A stretch of DNA of 63,995 bases, filler included, from Octopus bimaculoides (taxonomy: Eukaryota): the NCBI RefSeq assembly GCF_001194135.2. It is 6 parts of 4 records of this genome, joined end to end, with 100 filler letters (N's around TTAATTAATTAA, not from the genome) between each part and the next. Parts side by side here need not be neighbours in the genome. Positions count along the whole stretch, not along the records: positions 41,307 to 55,608 come from NC_068991.1; positions 55,709 to 59,916 come from NC_068981.1; positions 60,017 to 62,148 come from NC_068981.1; positions 62,249 to 63,995 come from NC_069003.1; 2 more parts are not named here. One strand, 5' to 3'. The notes under the pieces are model-generated. The model did no database searches. It was not told the origin of the DNA and worked only from the letters and a program-made list of their open reading frames with translations. Of this stretch, positions 53,165 to 63,995 are shown piece by piece (the first letter of the stretch is position 1; every line of letters starts with the position of its first letter). The translations under genes were made by a program, and so were the position numbers.

Positions 53165-53750
53165 CGAGCTTCAAATTTTGGCACAGGACCAGTAATTTTA
53201 GGGGATGTATAAGTCAGTTACATCGACCCCAGTGCATAACTGGTACTTATTTTATCGACTCTGATATGATGAAATGCAAAGTCGACCCCGGCAGAATTTG
53301 AACCCGGAACGTAAAGAAAGACGGAATGCCGCGAAGCATTTTGCCCGGCGTGCTAACGATTCTGCCAGCTCGCCGCCTTTTAATTGTTTCAAATTCCGGC
53401 ACAAGGCCAGCATTTTAAAATGAGACAGGTTAGTAATTAGTCGATTACATTGAAGCCAGTACTCAACTGGTACTTTACTTAATCGACTGCAAAAGATAAA
53501 AAGCAAAGTCGATGTCGGCGAAATTCGAACTCAGAACTTAAAAAGCTGGAAGAGATACCGCTCTACATTTTGTCCGGCACGCTAATAAATTTCTTACTTC
53601 GTCCCTAGTACTCGACTGGTGCATTCTTGCATCATTTTCTCGACTCCGAAGGGATAAAAGACAAAGTTGACCTCGGCGTGATTTGAACTCAGAATGTGAA
53701 AACCCGGAAGAAATACCGGATATTTTCCCGACACTCTAACGATTCTGCCA
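53165..53750 (-). mobile_element. Three tandem SINE B copies
   Basis: Three successive aaagtcga...gaatttgaac...gccagctcgcc blocks. Confidence 0.8.
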
Positions 53751-55494
53751 ATGCATCACTGTCGATCGTTTATTGCAGAGTTCACAAGATCACGCATTAT
53801 TTGTGTTGCTGTATAATCGTTAAATTACGCAAGCGTTTTATTGGGGTTTTTTATTGACCCCCGGAAGTATGAAAGACAAAGTTTCCATCGGACGTGTCTG
53901 AAATCGAGCCGTAAAGAAGCGGTAGTAATAATCGACATATATATACATATAAAACATTAAATGTTAGTTCGGTGCCTGTGTACTCTCTAGCCTAGGTTAT
54001 TTATAAGCCACTGTATGATATGACATCTAATGTCGGCAGTTCAGTGAGGACAGTATTGGCTGAGCTCTATGAATTATCTGCGAGTATCTGGAGAAACCTC
54101 TGAATCAAAAACAAAATAAATAATATCATATATGCATGTACGTTTGAGTGTGTCTTCGCTTGTGCCTATGTATGTCTGTGTGCGTATGTGTGCGTCTTTT
54201 TCTCTACCTCCCTCTCTCTTTATGTGTGTGCATGAATTTGAATCGTTGTCTGTCTGTTTGTTGTTCTGTGTGTGTGTGTGTATTTGCGTGTGTATGTGTG
54301 TGAAAAGTCAAAAAATAAAAAAAATAAGCCTTTATTTAAATAGATTTCAAGACGGAGAGCAGATGTGTTTTAGACAATTACACGTGTTATTTCACCTGGT
54401 ATCCACTCAATATGGACGTCTGTTTTACAAAATATGGAACCAAACACTAGCTTTTTCTTTTTTCTTTCTTTCTTTCCTTCTTTCTTTTTCTTTTTTTTTG
54501 TTTTTGTTTTTGTCTTTTCAACTCCATTTAGGTTCTCTTGACCCGTTTCTTGGAATCTACTGAATCGTCCTCAATTATACAATTTTAAGAATTTTGAAAA
54601 AGAATCAATGAATAAAATATTCTTGAAGAATTCTGACTTCTGCAACTATTTCTAAACTAAAAATAAAATAGAAAGAAAAGACAGAAAATGAAGTAACAAA
54701 ACAAAATATGTAAAAACTAAACAAAAATTTTCAAAATATTCCGACACAGTCTAAGAAAGTTCCAATATCCAATATTGATTTCTTCAATTAATTTAAACCT
54801 TTTCGTTTCAGAGATTCCCAGAGTACCACAAAGCAGACGTTATCTCTTTCAGTCAATGAGGGAGTCACTCCGCCGTCGCTTAACCTGCTAAAAATAGCAG
54901 CAAAATTTCCGTCAGATCACACCTTACATTCATGAAAGATAAAAGGAAGGACTTAATAGATACACTGTCTTAAGAAAAAAAATGGAGTAGTCTCGAGTGG
55001 GATGCCTTTGATCAAAGCTCAAAGAAACTACACAAGAACAACAGTATTCATTTCAGTTCCATAATAAAATTGTTTTTAAACCTTCCTCCTTACCTACAAT
55101 TCAGCCTTGATTAAGTAGACCCTAATTAAAGTTGTTCCTTTAATTACTATCTCATCTCTGTCTTTTCCTTCTGTCTTTTTTTTCTTTTTAAGAAGTGATT
55201 TACGATGTGTTTTAATGAAGATTTGGTTACTATTTCCAGCAGGTCAAACGATCAAGTGGAGGCTCACATAACTCAAACTAACTGCCGGAAATACACTGCG
55301 GCAGTTGATTCATTTGGCTGGTAAGCCTCGATCTAATTAATTAAACCAAGCAAATTAACTTTATATCAATGGCAAAATAAATAAATATTAATTTCTTATC
55401 TAGAGACAAGCATTAATAAAAACGAAGAATAAGAACATGTAACGAACCAGCTTTACTCGGGGGGCGTTAACAATACAAATGAGGTGAAGTCACA

Positions 55495-55608
55495 GTAACT
55501 AAGAACGAAACGTAACTAAGAACGAAACGTAACTAAGGACGAAACGTAACTAAGAACGAAACGTAACTAAGAACGAAACGTAACTAAGGACGAAACGTAA
55601 CTAAGGAC
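55495..55608 (+). repeat. 17-bp minisatellite GTAACTAAG(A/G)ACGAAAC, ~6.7 units, truncated by scaffold end
   Basis: Read directly from the sequence. Confidence 0.95.
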
Positions 55609-55708
55609 NNNNNNNNNNNNNNNNNNNNNNNNNNNNNNNNNNNNNNNNNNNNTTAATTAATTAANNNNNNNNNNNNNNNNNNNNNNNNNNNNNNNNNNNN
55701 NNNNNNNN
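55609..55708. other. Artificial scaffold-joining spacer
   Basis: 44 N + TTAATTAATTAA (55653-55664) + 44 N. Confidence 0.95.
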
Positions 55709-55895
55709 GAATATATTCCTTCTTAGCCAGGACTGGGCAGCCAGAGATAATATGATTTATTGTTTCTTGTCGATCTCCACATATTCTAGAGTTACTTGTT
55801 ATATTTCTTTTCATTATGTGTTTTTGGTAATTTCTGGTGGGGAGGCTTTGGTCTTGTGCAGCAATTAAAAATCCTTCAGTCTCTGCTTTGAGTCC

Positions 55896-55897
<2 letters not shown>
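55709..55897 (-). mobile_element. 5'-truncated R4/Dong-like LINE fragment beginning in a (TAA)n tract (runs off scaffold end)
   Basis: Open frame GLKAETEGFLIAAQDQSLPTRNYQKHIMKRNITSNSRICGDRQETINHIISGCPVLAKKEYI starts directly after (TAA)n at 55896-55977. Confidence 0.9.
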
Positions 55898-55977
<80 letters not shown>

Positions 55978-58194
55978 CATTATTGTTATTTTTATTATTG
56001 TTATTATTATCACTGTTGTTCTCTTCTTCCCCTTTGTTTCTTCTTCTTCATCTTCTAATTGCTGTTTTTATTATTATTAGGTGGTGAGACGGCCGTATGG
56101 TCTGCACACTGGGCTAAATGCTTATCGGCATTTTATCCATCATTTATCCGTCTGAGTTCAAATTTTGTCGAAGTTAACTTTGCTCTTCATTCTTTCGAGA
56201 TCGATGCAATCGACTTAGTCCTTCCCGTGAACTGCCTTGCCCTCTGCCACATGGTGAAACCATTATTAACATGTTCTTCGTCGTCATCATCTTGATCATC
56301 ATCGTTTTAGAGATCTGATGTACAGGATGCTAGTTGCAGTGATAAACCGCAGCTTCAACCGTGTGTTGAAATAGGACTACTGAATACAAATCAATGGCGT
56401 CGCATACCTTTGATCCCAATTATACTCAGAATGTCGGCACAGCAAATATGTCAAATTTCTTTGCAGAATAATTACTGTTATGCATATATTCGTAAAATTG
56501 ACGTAATATCACTTTTGTTAAGTAAATTTTATAGAAAATTTGAAGTAATTGCTAGCTAAATTGAAAGATTAACAAAGATAGTTCAGTTCAGAATTCTAAA
56601 GATTACCCAATTTACAAATGTACACAAAAAAAAAAAAATAATAATAATGCAAGCGTATCTGAATTCGTCTATGAGATATAAGTAACTTATCCATTGTAGT
56701 TAAAGTCAAAGAAAATGATGATAACATACGTTCATTCTTTATCATTTATCCGCAAAATCAATTTTAGCTTCCGAATGCAAAAGAATAAAAGAAGGAAAAT
56801 AATCGTATGAGATAAATATGAACGATACAGAAAGTAAGTTTTCTTTTTCAAAAATCGTGTGGAGCTCATCGAATATTTTATGGTAGTTTTTATTGAAAAC
56901 TTCAGAATAATTTTAAACATAATTTTATATATACATATTTTATTCTTTTCCTGAAACGTAGTTTAAGAAATATCTCAACCATTGTATGCAAAGCAAAATA
57001 TTTATCGAAATATTTTTCTTCAAAATCATAGAAAATAACACAAACCTAGGTGAAGCGACCAAAATGATACACTGAATAATTGTCACTAAGGAACATCATC
57101 CAAAACAAATTCAGTATAAACGTATTAAAGTAGGCTTATGTAAACGGAAGATGTTGATGCCACATGTGAGACAAATTTTAGGCTGTGTTTCGTTAACAAT
57201 CCCATCTCGCAAAACTACTACTATTCGTAGAGTTCTTAAATTTTGTTAATGAACATATTAAGGCTAAAGCTTCCTACCGAGGAGAAATTTACAGCTGGTA
57301 TTTTCAATTAAATTGTTCAACTTCCTCTGTAAGATCATCCTTTCTTAGATTTTATCGTTATATTATTATCAAAAGTTAGCTCAGTCACTTTGAGAAATAT
57401 CAGCAGAAATACTCTTTTCTACTCTAGGCATTAGCCTCGAACGTTTTGGGGAGGAGGACAGTTGATTGTTACGACCCTAGTACGCAACTGGTATTCAAAT
57501 TTTTTTTCGAAAATAATTCAGCTTTCTAACTTGTTTTCCAAACATTCTGCGACTCGGAAAATTATTCACCTAGTCAGCATCGACCTTCATGTCAAGTGTC
57601 TCCGAAGTAAGGATTTTATAACACACTGATTCAGAACTAAAAATAATACAAAAAAATATCTAACTTAAACTTAAGTGAGAATTTCTCATCTGAATTGCTG
57701 CATTTGGCACTACCAGAAAACCAAATACTAAAGAAAAATCAATACACATGTAATGCGTTTTCAATTTGGCCCACGTCTAAAAAAAAAAAAAACAGAACGC
57801 CTTCATTTCATTTCTTTGTGCATAATATGGAACATGGAGTAATTAATATCGTGTACAATCAGTCAGCTTAGCCGATGACTCTGAAAATATAATTAAAGTA
57901 ACTTAACATCCAGGCCAAAGAACGAAATATATACAAATTACAGAGACACTTTTGTGGGGTCTTTTTTTTTATATCTGCTGATTATCTTATCGATTACTTT
58001 CCCTGAACTGCTTGATTGAAGGATAGAAACAAAACGACAACATTTAAATTCCCAACAGAAAGATGCACATTAATCGCATACTTACAAACCTCATAATATT
58101 TCAATCCACCGGCGTTTAATAATATTTATTGTTTCTTCCACTATAAAATCATCTCCCTGTTACATATAGTGACCTGAGTAATAATAATAATAAC

Positions 58195-58229
<35 letters not shown>

Positions 58230-58233
<4 letters not shown>

Positions 58234-58666
58234 CAAATATAAAGATCTTGAAATAGAAATTAGCTGAGCAAATATAAAGATCTTGAAATAGAAATTAGCA
58301 AAATGTGGAATCTGAAGACGAAAACAATACCTATTGTCATAGGTGCCCTGGGAATGACAGCGAAACGGGCTGATTACTACCTAGCTCAGATACCAGGAAA
58401 CCCCAAAATGGCTGAAGTCCAAAAGATAGTGCTCATGGGAACTGCCCATATCCTACGTAAAATACTGTCTATGTGATCTCAAATTTTAAAGCAAACATAA
58501 TTTTCTTATGGTTTCTTAAACATTCACTTGAACAAAACTGTACAAATCCAAATATATGGTACCCTAGGCATAACACCTACATGAACTTCTAACTTGTTGT
58601 CTCTTGAGGTCTCTGGGTGAGACTTGGATCCAACTTGTACAAATGCAAAACAAAAGTCAAACATAA

Positions 58667-58668
<2 letters not shown>
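58230..58668 (+). mobile_element. 5'-truncated R4/Dong-like LINE 3' end inserted in (TAA)n
   Basis: KYKDLEIEISKMWNLKTKTIPIVIGALGM..EVQKIVLMGTAHILRKILSM* then a 3' UTR; (TAA)n on both sides. Confidence 0.9.
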
Positions 58669-58742
<74 letters not shown>

Positions 58743-58825
58743 TTAATAATAACAGTAATAATAACAATAATAACGACATCGAAAAATACCTTACGAATGA
58801 GAACCCACGTTCGAAATTTCGCCAA

Positions 58826-58871
58826 AACTCCTGATGAAGGCCGGAGGGTATATCAGCCGAAACGTTGTGTT
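58826..58871 (+). ncRNA. Minimal type I hammerhead ribozyme motif, intact core
   Basis: AACTC-CTGATGA-A-GGC...GCC-GAA-ACGT-T-GTGTT; stem I has one mismatch. Confidence 0.65.
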
Positions 58872-59872
58872 AACAACAAACAAGATGAGGACATATAACT
58901 GTTCAATATAAATAATACAAACAATGTACATAATTTCTCATCTATTACATATAGAACTGTATTAGCAATTGCCTTATCAGCTCGTTTCATTCATTACCGC
59001 AAAGCTACATCCTACCTGTATCTGCTACATGTAAAAAATTAAATTATTATCTTCACATGTGTAGAATTGAACTGCAAATTATTAAGGTCGTGTGTTTCAA
59101 TTAACTATAAAGGAAATCCATCGGTATATATATATATATATATATATATATACCGGTGGATTTCCTTTATATATATATAAATATNNNNNNNNNNTATATA
59201 TATACGTTGTGAGCGAAAGTGTTGTCAATTAGATTCAGAGCTTTGAGGTAACCCTGAGTAAGTGCTGTGGATAGACCATAGTTAAGCTCCAGGTTCGGTG
59301 ACTATGCGACCAAGGGGTCCTACGTAGGTCATATATCAGCGTGTGAATATAAGGATTTCGTAATGAGATAAAGAACCAAGGCTGTGTATAATATAGAACA
59401 TTTATAAATAGAAGGTCGTACAGCTGATTCTAGGATATTTATTATATCCCTTCATCAGAGACGGTCTGAGAGGATGGTTAAGCAATAGTTAGTTTACATA
59501 AGATAGGAAATAGAGAGTGAACGTAGGGATATTGTATTTGTAAATCCGTTGTTTAGGCAGAATAGTATACATATAAGTTTCCAATACCTTGACAGTAAAA
59601 TCCAATAGCCTTTAAAATTGGTTATTGCATTTGTAAATCAATTATTATATTCCAATTCCCTACGAGTAAAATCCAACAGTCTTTGAAATTTGTCATTCCA
59701 AATAGAGTTTATACACAGTGTTATTGAATGAAGGTTTCTGTTTAAAGTAAATGTTCTATATCATACACAGACTTGGTTCTTTATCTCATTACGAAATCGT
59801 TATATAAACATCTCTCTCTCTCTCACTCTCTCTATCTCTATCTCTCTCTATCTCTCTCTCTCACTCTCTCTC

Positions 59873-59916
<44 letters not shown>

Positions 59917-60016
59917 NNNNNNNNNNNNNNNNNNNNNNNNNNNNNNNNNNNNNNNNNNNNTTAATTAATTAANNNNNNNNNNNNNNNNNNNNNNNNNNNN
60001 NNNNNNNNNNNNNNNN
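59917..60016. other. Artificial scaffold-joining spacer
   Basis: 44 N + TTAATTAATTAA (59961-59972) + 44 N. Confidence 0.95.
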
Positions 60017-60050
60017 AGTGAAGTGAAAGCACGTTATAAAAATAAAACTA

Positions 60051-60118
<68 letters not shown>

Positions 60119-60123
<5 letters not shown>

Positions 60124-60216
60124 CCTACATGAACTTCTAACTTGTTGTCTCTTGAGGTCTCTGGGTGAGACTTGGATCCAACTTGTACAAATGCAAAACA
60201 AAAGTCAAACATAAAA
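60119..60216 (+). mobile_element. ~100-bp 3' terminus of the same Dong-like family in (TAA)n
   Basis: Identical to 58571-58668 (aacacctacatgaacttctaac...aaacataaaataataa); (AAT)n on both sides. Confidence 0.85.
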
Positions 60217-60699
60217 TAATAATAATACCGTACCAGTGATTATAGGATCCAGTTAGCTCATAACATCATCAGGAGGAACCACGTCCGGTTTCGACCCGTA
60301 TTCCTCTACCTTTTTGACGTGGCGCCCTCCCCTTTTTTTCGGAGATGTTTTCGGCTCTGGTGTTGAGTGCTTGTCTTCTTTCTCCTTTCTTCTGTTCCCT
60401 GGCCCTTTCGATATATAGGAGTGTAAGACTGTATCCGTTTGCTTAAGAGTGACTGTCATGCACATGTCTCCTTCCTTCATACTTATGTATGTATATACGC
60501 TTGCATATCTGCAGGTGACAGTGAGTTGGTAGACAGGAGGGTGTTTTTGTATATATATGCACCCCTATACATATAGAATTCATATGTATATTCATGTTTG
60601 CGACGAATGTGAACATGTATACGTTTAAAGTTTTGCGTATATGTTTTCATTTGTATAAATGTCTATATATCTACGCGAGTATGATGTTGACTGTGTATT

Positions 60700-61116
60700 T
60701 ATACTCTTTTACTCTTTTACTCTTTTACTTGTTTCAGTCATTTGACTGCGGCCATGCTGGAGCACCGCTTTTAGTCGAACAAATCGACCCCAGGACTTAT
60801 TCTTTGTAAGCCCAGTACTTATTCTATCGGTCTTTTTTGCCGAACCGCTTAGTTACGGGGACGTAAACACACCAGCACCGGTTGTCAAGCGATGGTGGGG
60901 GGACAAACACAGACACACAAACACACACATATATATACATATACACATATATACGACGGGCTTCTTTCAGTTTCCGTCTACCAAATCCACTCACAAGACT
61001 TTGGTCGGCCCGAGACTATAGTAGAAGACACTTGCCCAAGGTGCCACGCAGTTGGACTGAACTCGGAACCATGTGGTTGGTAAGCAAGCTACTTACCACA
61101 CAGCCACTCCTGCGCC
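60700..61116 (-). mobile_element. SINE family A, full length with (AAAAGAGT)n tail
   Basis: ggcgcaggagtggctgtgtggtaagtagcttgcttaccaaccacatggttccgagttcagtcc head (A and B boxes); complete body and tail. Confidence 0.9.
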
Positions 61117-61118
61117 TA

Positions 61119-62004
61119 TACGTATATGTGTGTGTGTATATTTGCACATATATATGCATATGCGTGGTTTTGTCTATCCGCGTGCGTGTATGAGTATATG
61201 AATATTCATACATGCGGATTGTATGAATATATGCCTTCTACGAACGTTTATACAAGTATATTGTTTACGGTTTTTATATGAGTGTTTTTATTTATAGAAG
61301 TTCTAAGATAAATATAAACTTTTTTCTATGTAAAGATGAAGTTATATATACATATATACGTAGGTGTGTATGCATTTTCATATCTATATGTATATATATT
61401 TTATGCAAGTATATGCATGTATATGTATATGCGTATGTGTGTGCGTGGAGAGATGTGTATATGAGCTTACTAATGTATGCATCGGTACATATACGTGTAT
61501 GCGTGTATGCATGTGTATGTGTGTGCATGTATATATAAGTGTATATATATACATACACACACACACTTATATATATACATGCACACACATACACATGCAT
61601 ACATACATACACGCACATACACACGTATATGTACCCATGCTCGCATTAGTAAGCTCATATACACATCTCTCCACGCACACATACGCATATATATATACAT
61701 GTATATGCATATACTTGCATGAAAAATATATACATATGAATATAAAAAATACATACACACGTACGTATATATGTATATATAACTTCTTCGCATAGAAAAA
61801 AGTTTATATTTATCTTAGAACTTCTATAAATAAAAACACTCATATAAAAACCGTAAACAATATACTTGTATTAACGTTCGTAGCAGGAATATATTCATAC
61901 AATCCGCATGTATGAATATGCATATACACATACACGCACGCGGATAGACAAAACCACGCATATGCATATATATGTACAAATATACATACACACACACATA
62001 CGTA
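61119..62004. repeat. Large imperfect palindrome (two ~430-bp arms, almost no spacer)
   Basis: Unique segments such as gcgtggttttgtctatccgcgtgcgtg and tagaagttctaagataaatataaac recur as reverse complements with scattered substitutions. Confidence 0.95.
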
Positions 62005-62108
62005 AAAAAATATATATATACATATATATATATACATATATATATACATACATACATACATACACATATTTATACACACACATACACACACACGTGCACT
62101 CATATATG

Positions 62109-62148
<40 letters not shown>

Positions 62149-62248
62149 NNNNNNNNNNNNNNNNNNNNNNNNNNNNNNNNNNNNNNNNNNNNTTAATTAA
62201 TTAANNNNNNNNNNNNNNNNNNNNNNNNNNNNNNNNNNNNNNNNNNNN
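62149..62248. other. Artificial scaffold-joining spacer
   Basis: 44 N + TTAATTAATTAA (62193-62204) + 44 N. Confidence 0.95.
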
Positions 62249-62257
62249 GTGTGTGTG

Positions 62258-62309
<52 letters not shown>

Positions 62310-62641
62310 TGTGTGTGTGGATGTCTTTGTGTATGTGTTTGTCCTCCCATCATCGCTCGAAAACCGATGTTGGTGACTTTATATCCCCGAAACGTGGTGG
62401 CTCGGCAAAATATAGACCGATAGAATAAGTACTAGGCTTGCCAAGAATAAGCCCTGGGGGTCGATTTGTTCGACTAAACATTGGCTGCAGATTCATTCGA
62501 CTAAAATTCATCTTACCTGCAGACTTAGACAGATAAAAGATGAAATATATGTATATATGTAAATATGTGTGTTAATACGCACAAACACACACACACACAC
62601 ACATACACAAACACATGCATGTCTCAATATACATATATGTT

Positions 62642-62718
<77 letters not shown>

Positions 62719-62797
62719 GTGTATATGTGCGTGTGCATGTGAAAACTATTGTATATTCGTATAAGAACATTACTAATATACATATTATGAATACATA

Positions 62798-62840
<43 letters not shown>

Positions 62841-62864
62841 ATACATACATGTACTCTTACCCTC

Positions 62865-63822
62865 CTATTTTTATGTGTTTCAGCTCAAAGTCGATAGCCA
62901 TGCTGGGGCACCACCAATGTTATCACCTTTACTATGACCATTCTTATTGGCTTTTGGTGAAGGAGGCAGATCCTTACTGCTGTCCTCATTTGAAATTCTT
63001 GGCGTGATGTATCTGGAACCTTAGACAGCAAGAGCTATCCCTACTCCATGAAGATCCCTCCGATTTTTTGTCAAGGTATTAAATAGCCGTGGGCCTTTTA
63101 TTCCGAAGCTACTGCAGCACATGATCCTCATTCTGGATGGGATAGCCGGGACATTTGGAACGGTGCAGTGACGTCTAGTTTGAGAGTTAGTGTAGTTCGC
63201 AGTGGCAAAGTTTGGTGCCAACCGCTCCAGGAACTTCCATACGTATATCATTGCATATCTTACCTGTATTTGCTCCAAGTCGTAGCGTTTTCATTCTCCT
63301 CCAATAGCTCAGCTGTTCCAAGGATGTAATCTTCCTGGTGACGTACCGCTGAACTGCCACAAGTTCCACTATTAGTTTGACACGGTGGGATAGCAACACT
63401 TCAGAGCTGTTGACCAGGCCGGAGAGAACAAACGACTTCCATAGAATCGGTATAGCCTCCTTATCCTTTGGTCTGAATGTTATCAGAATCCCACTGGCCA
63501 TTCGCATGCACATGGACACCATCTAGGTGATACGCACGTTAAATGAGGCGTTGTTGCTCATATCCATCTCCAGATCAAGCATTGTACTTGACTCTGGGAT
63601 TGCCACTCGTTTTGGCGCGAAGTATCGTTGTTGCGGTATGTAAGCAGAAGCTAAGCGATAGCTCAGGGCTTGGAATTACCCTGCATTAAATTGCATCTTG
63701 TTTCTTTCAACCTATTTATATATAGTATTTAGGTCTTCCTGTAGAAGATTAGCAAAGGAAAGTTCCTTCACAGTCTGTGCTACATTTGTGTCGTCGGCAT
63801 AACTAGTAACTGTTGATGTATG
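62865..63822 (-). mobile_element. CR1-clade LINE, decayed 3' half (RT C-terminus plus tail)
   Basis: TVTSYADDTNVAQTV..LLQEDLNTIYK near 63720-63820; WKSFVLSGL..AVQRYVTRKITSLEQLSYWRRMKTL; RHCTVPNVP..SFGIKGPRLFNTL; LLLSKVPD; short 3' tail. Confidence 0.85.
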
Positions 63823-63995
63823 TATGTATGTATGTATGTATGTATGTATGTATGCATATATATATATATATATTTGAAAATCCTACAAGACTAGGTGAAA
63901 AGCGCTTTATATGATTTATAAAACATGTGACGTACTAATAAAAATCTGTAAATGTACAACCATCCCGATTTCTGAGTACCTTAAATTTTTAATCA

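Noticed and set aside
55495-55608. CRISPR-like regular repeat
   Set aside because: The units are contiguous with no unique spacers, there are no cas genes, and the context is eukaryotic.
56296-56560. ~80-codon open frame and possible splice signals in unique sequence
   Set aside because: There is no recognisable protein similarity, the splice signals conflict between strands, and such frames are expected by chance.
60268-60310. GAAACCGG and CTGATGA on the minus strand
   Set aside because: The motifs are in the wrong order for type I and I found no consistent helices.

Overview
This is AT-rich, microsatellite-saturated animal DNA. The SINE and LINE repertoire points to Octopus or another coleoid cephalopod (inferred from family recognition, not a database search). 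It is not one locus. Five identical 100-bp spacers (44 N + TTAATTAATTAA + 44 N) join six independent scaffold pieces: 1-16145, 16246-41206, 41307-55608, 55709-59916, 60017-62148 and 62249-end. I can support no host protein-coding gene, and almost all listed ORFs are microsatellite or N-gap artefacts. The real content is mobile DNA: a full-length decayed DD34D mariner, a second Tc1/mariner-type fragment, several restriction-like-endonuclease LINE fragments (R4/Dong-like ones sit in (TAA)n tracts), HERO-like fragments, a CR1 3' half and three tRNA-headed SINE families. The most interesting signal is non-coding. At least four distinct sequence families encode minimal type I hammerhead-ribozyme motifs (CUGANGA, stem II, GAAA, palindromic mini stem III, UH), the architecture known from Penelope-like element termini. 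Some have intact cores, and four cluster within about 730 bp at 43.5-44.2 kb. Also notable are a ~1 kb inverted-repeat element whose ends carry CCAAT, octamer and E2F-like motifs, several diverged foldback palindromes, and a 3' tail shared by a SINE and the CR1.
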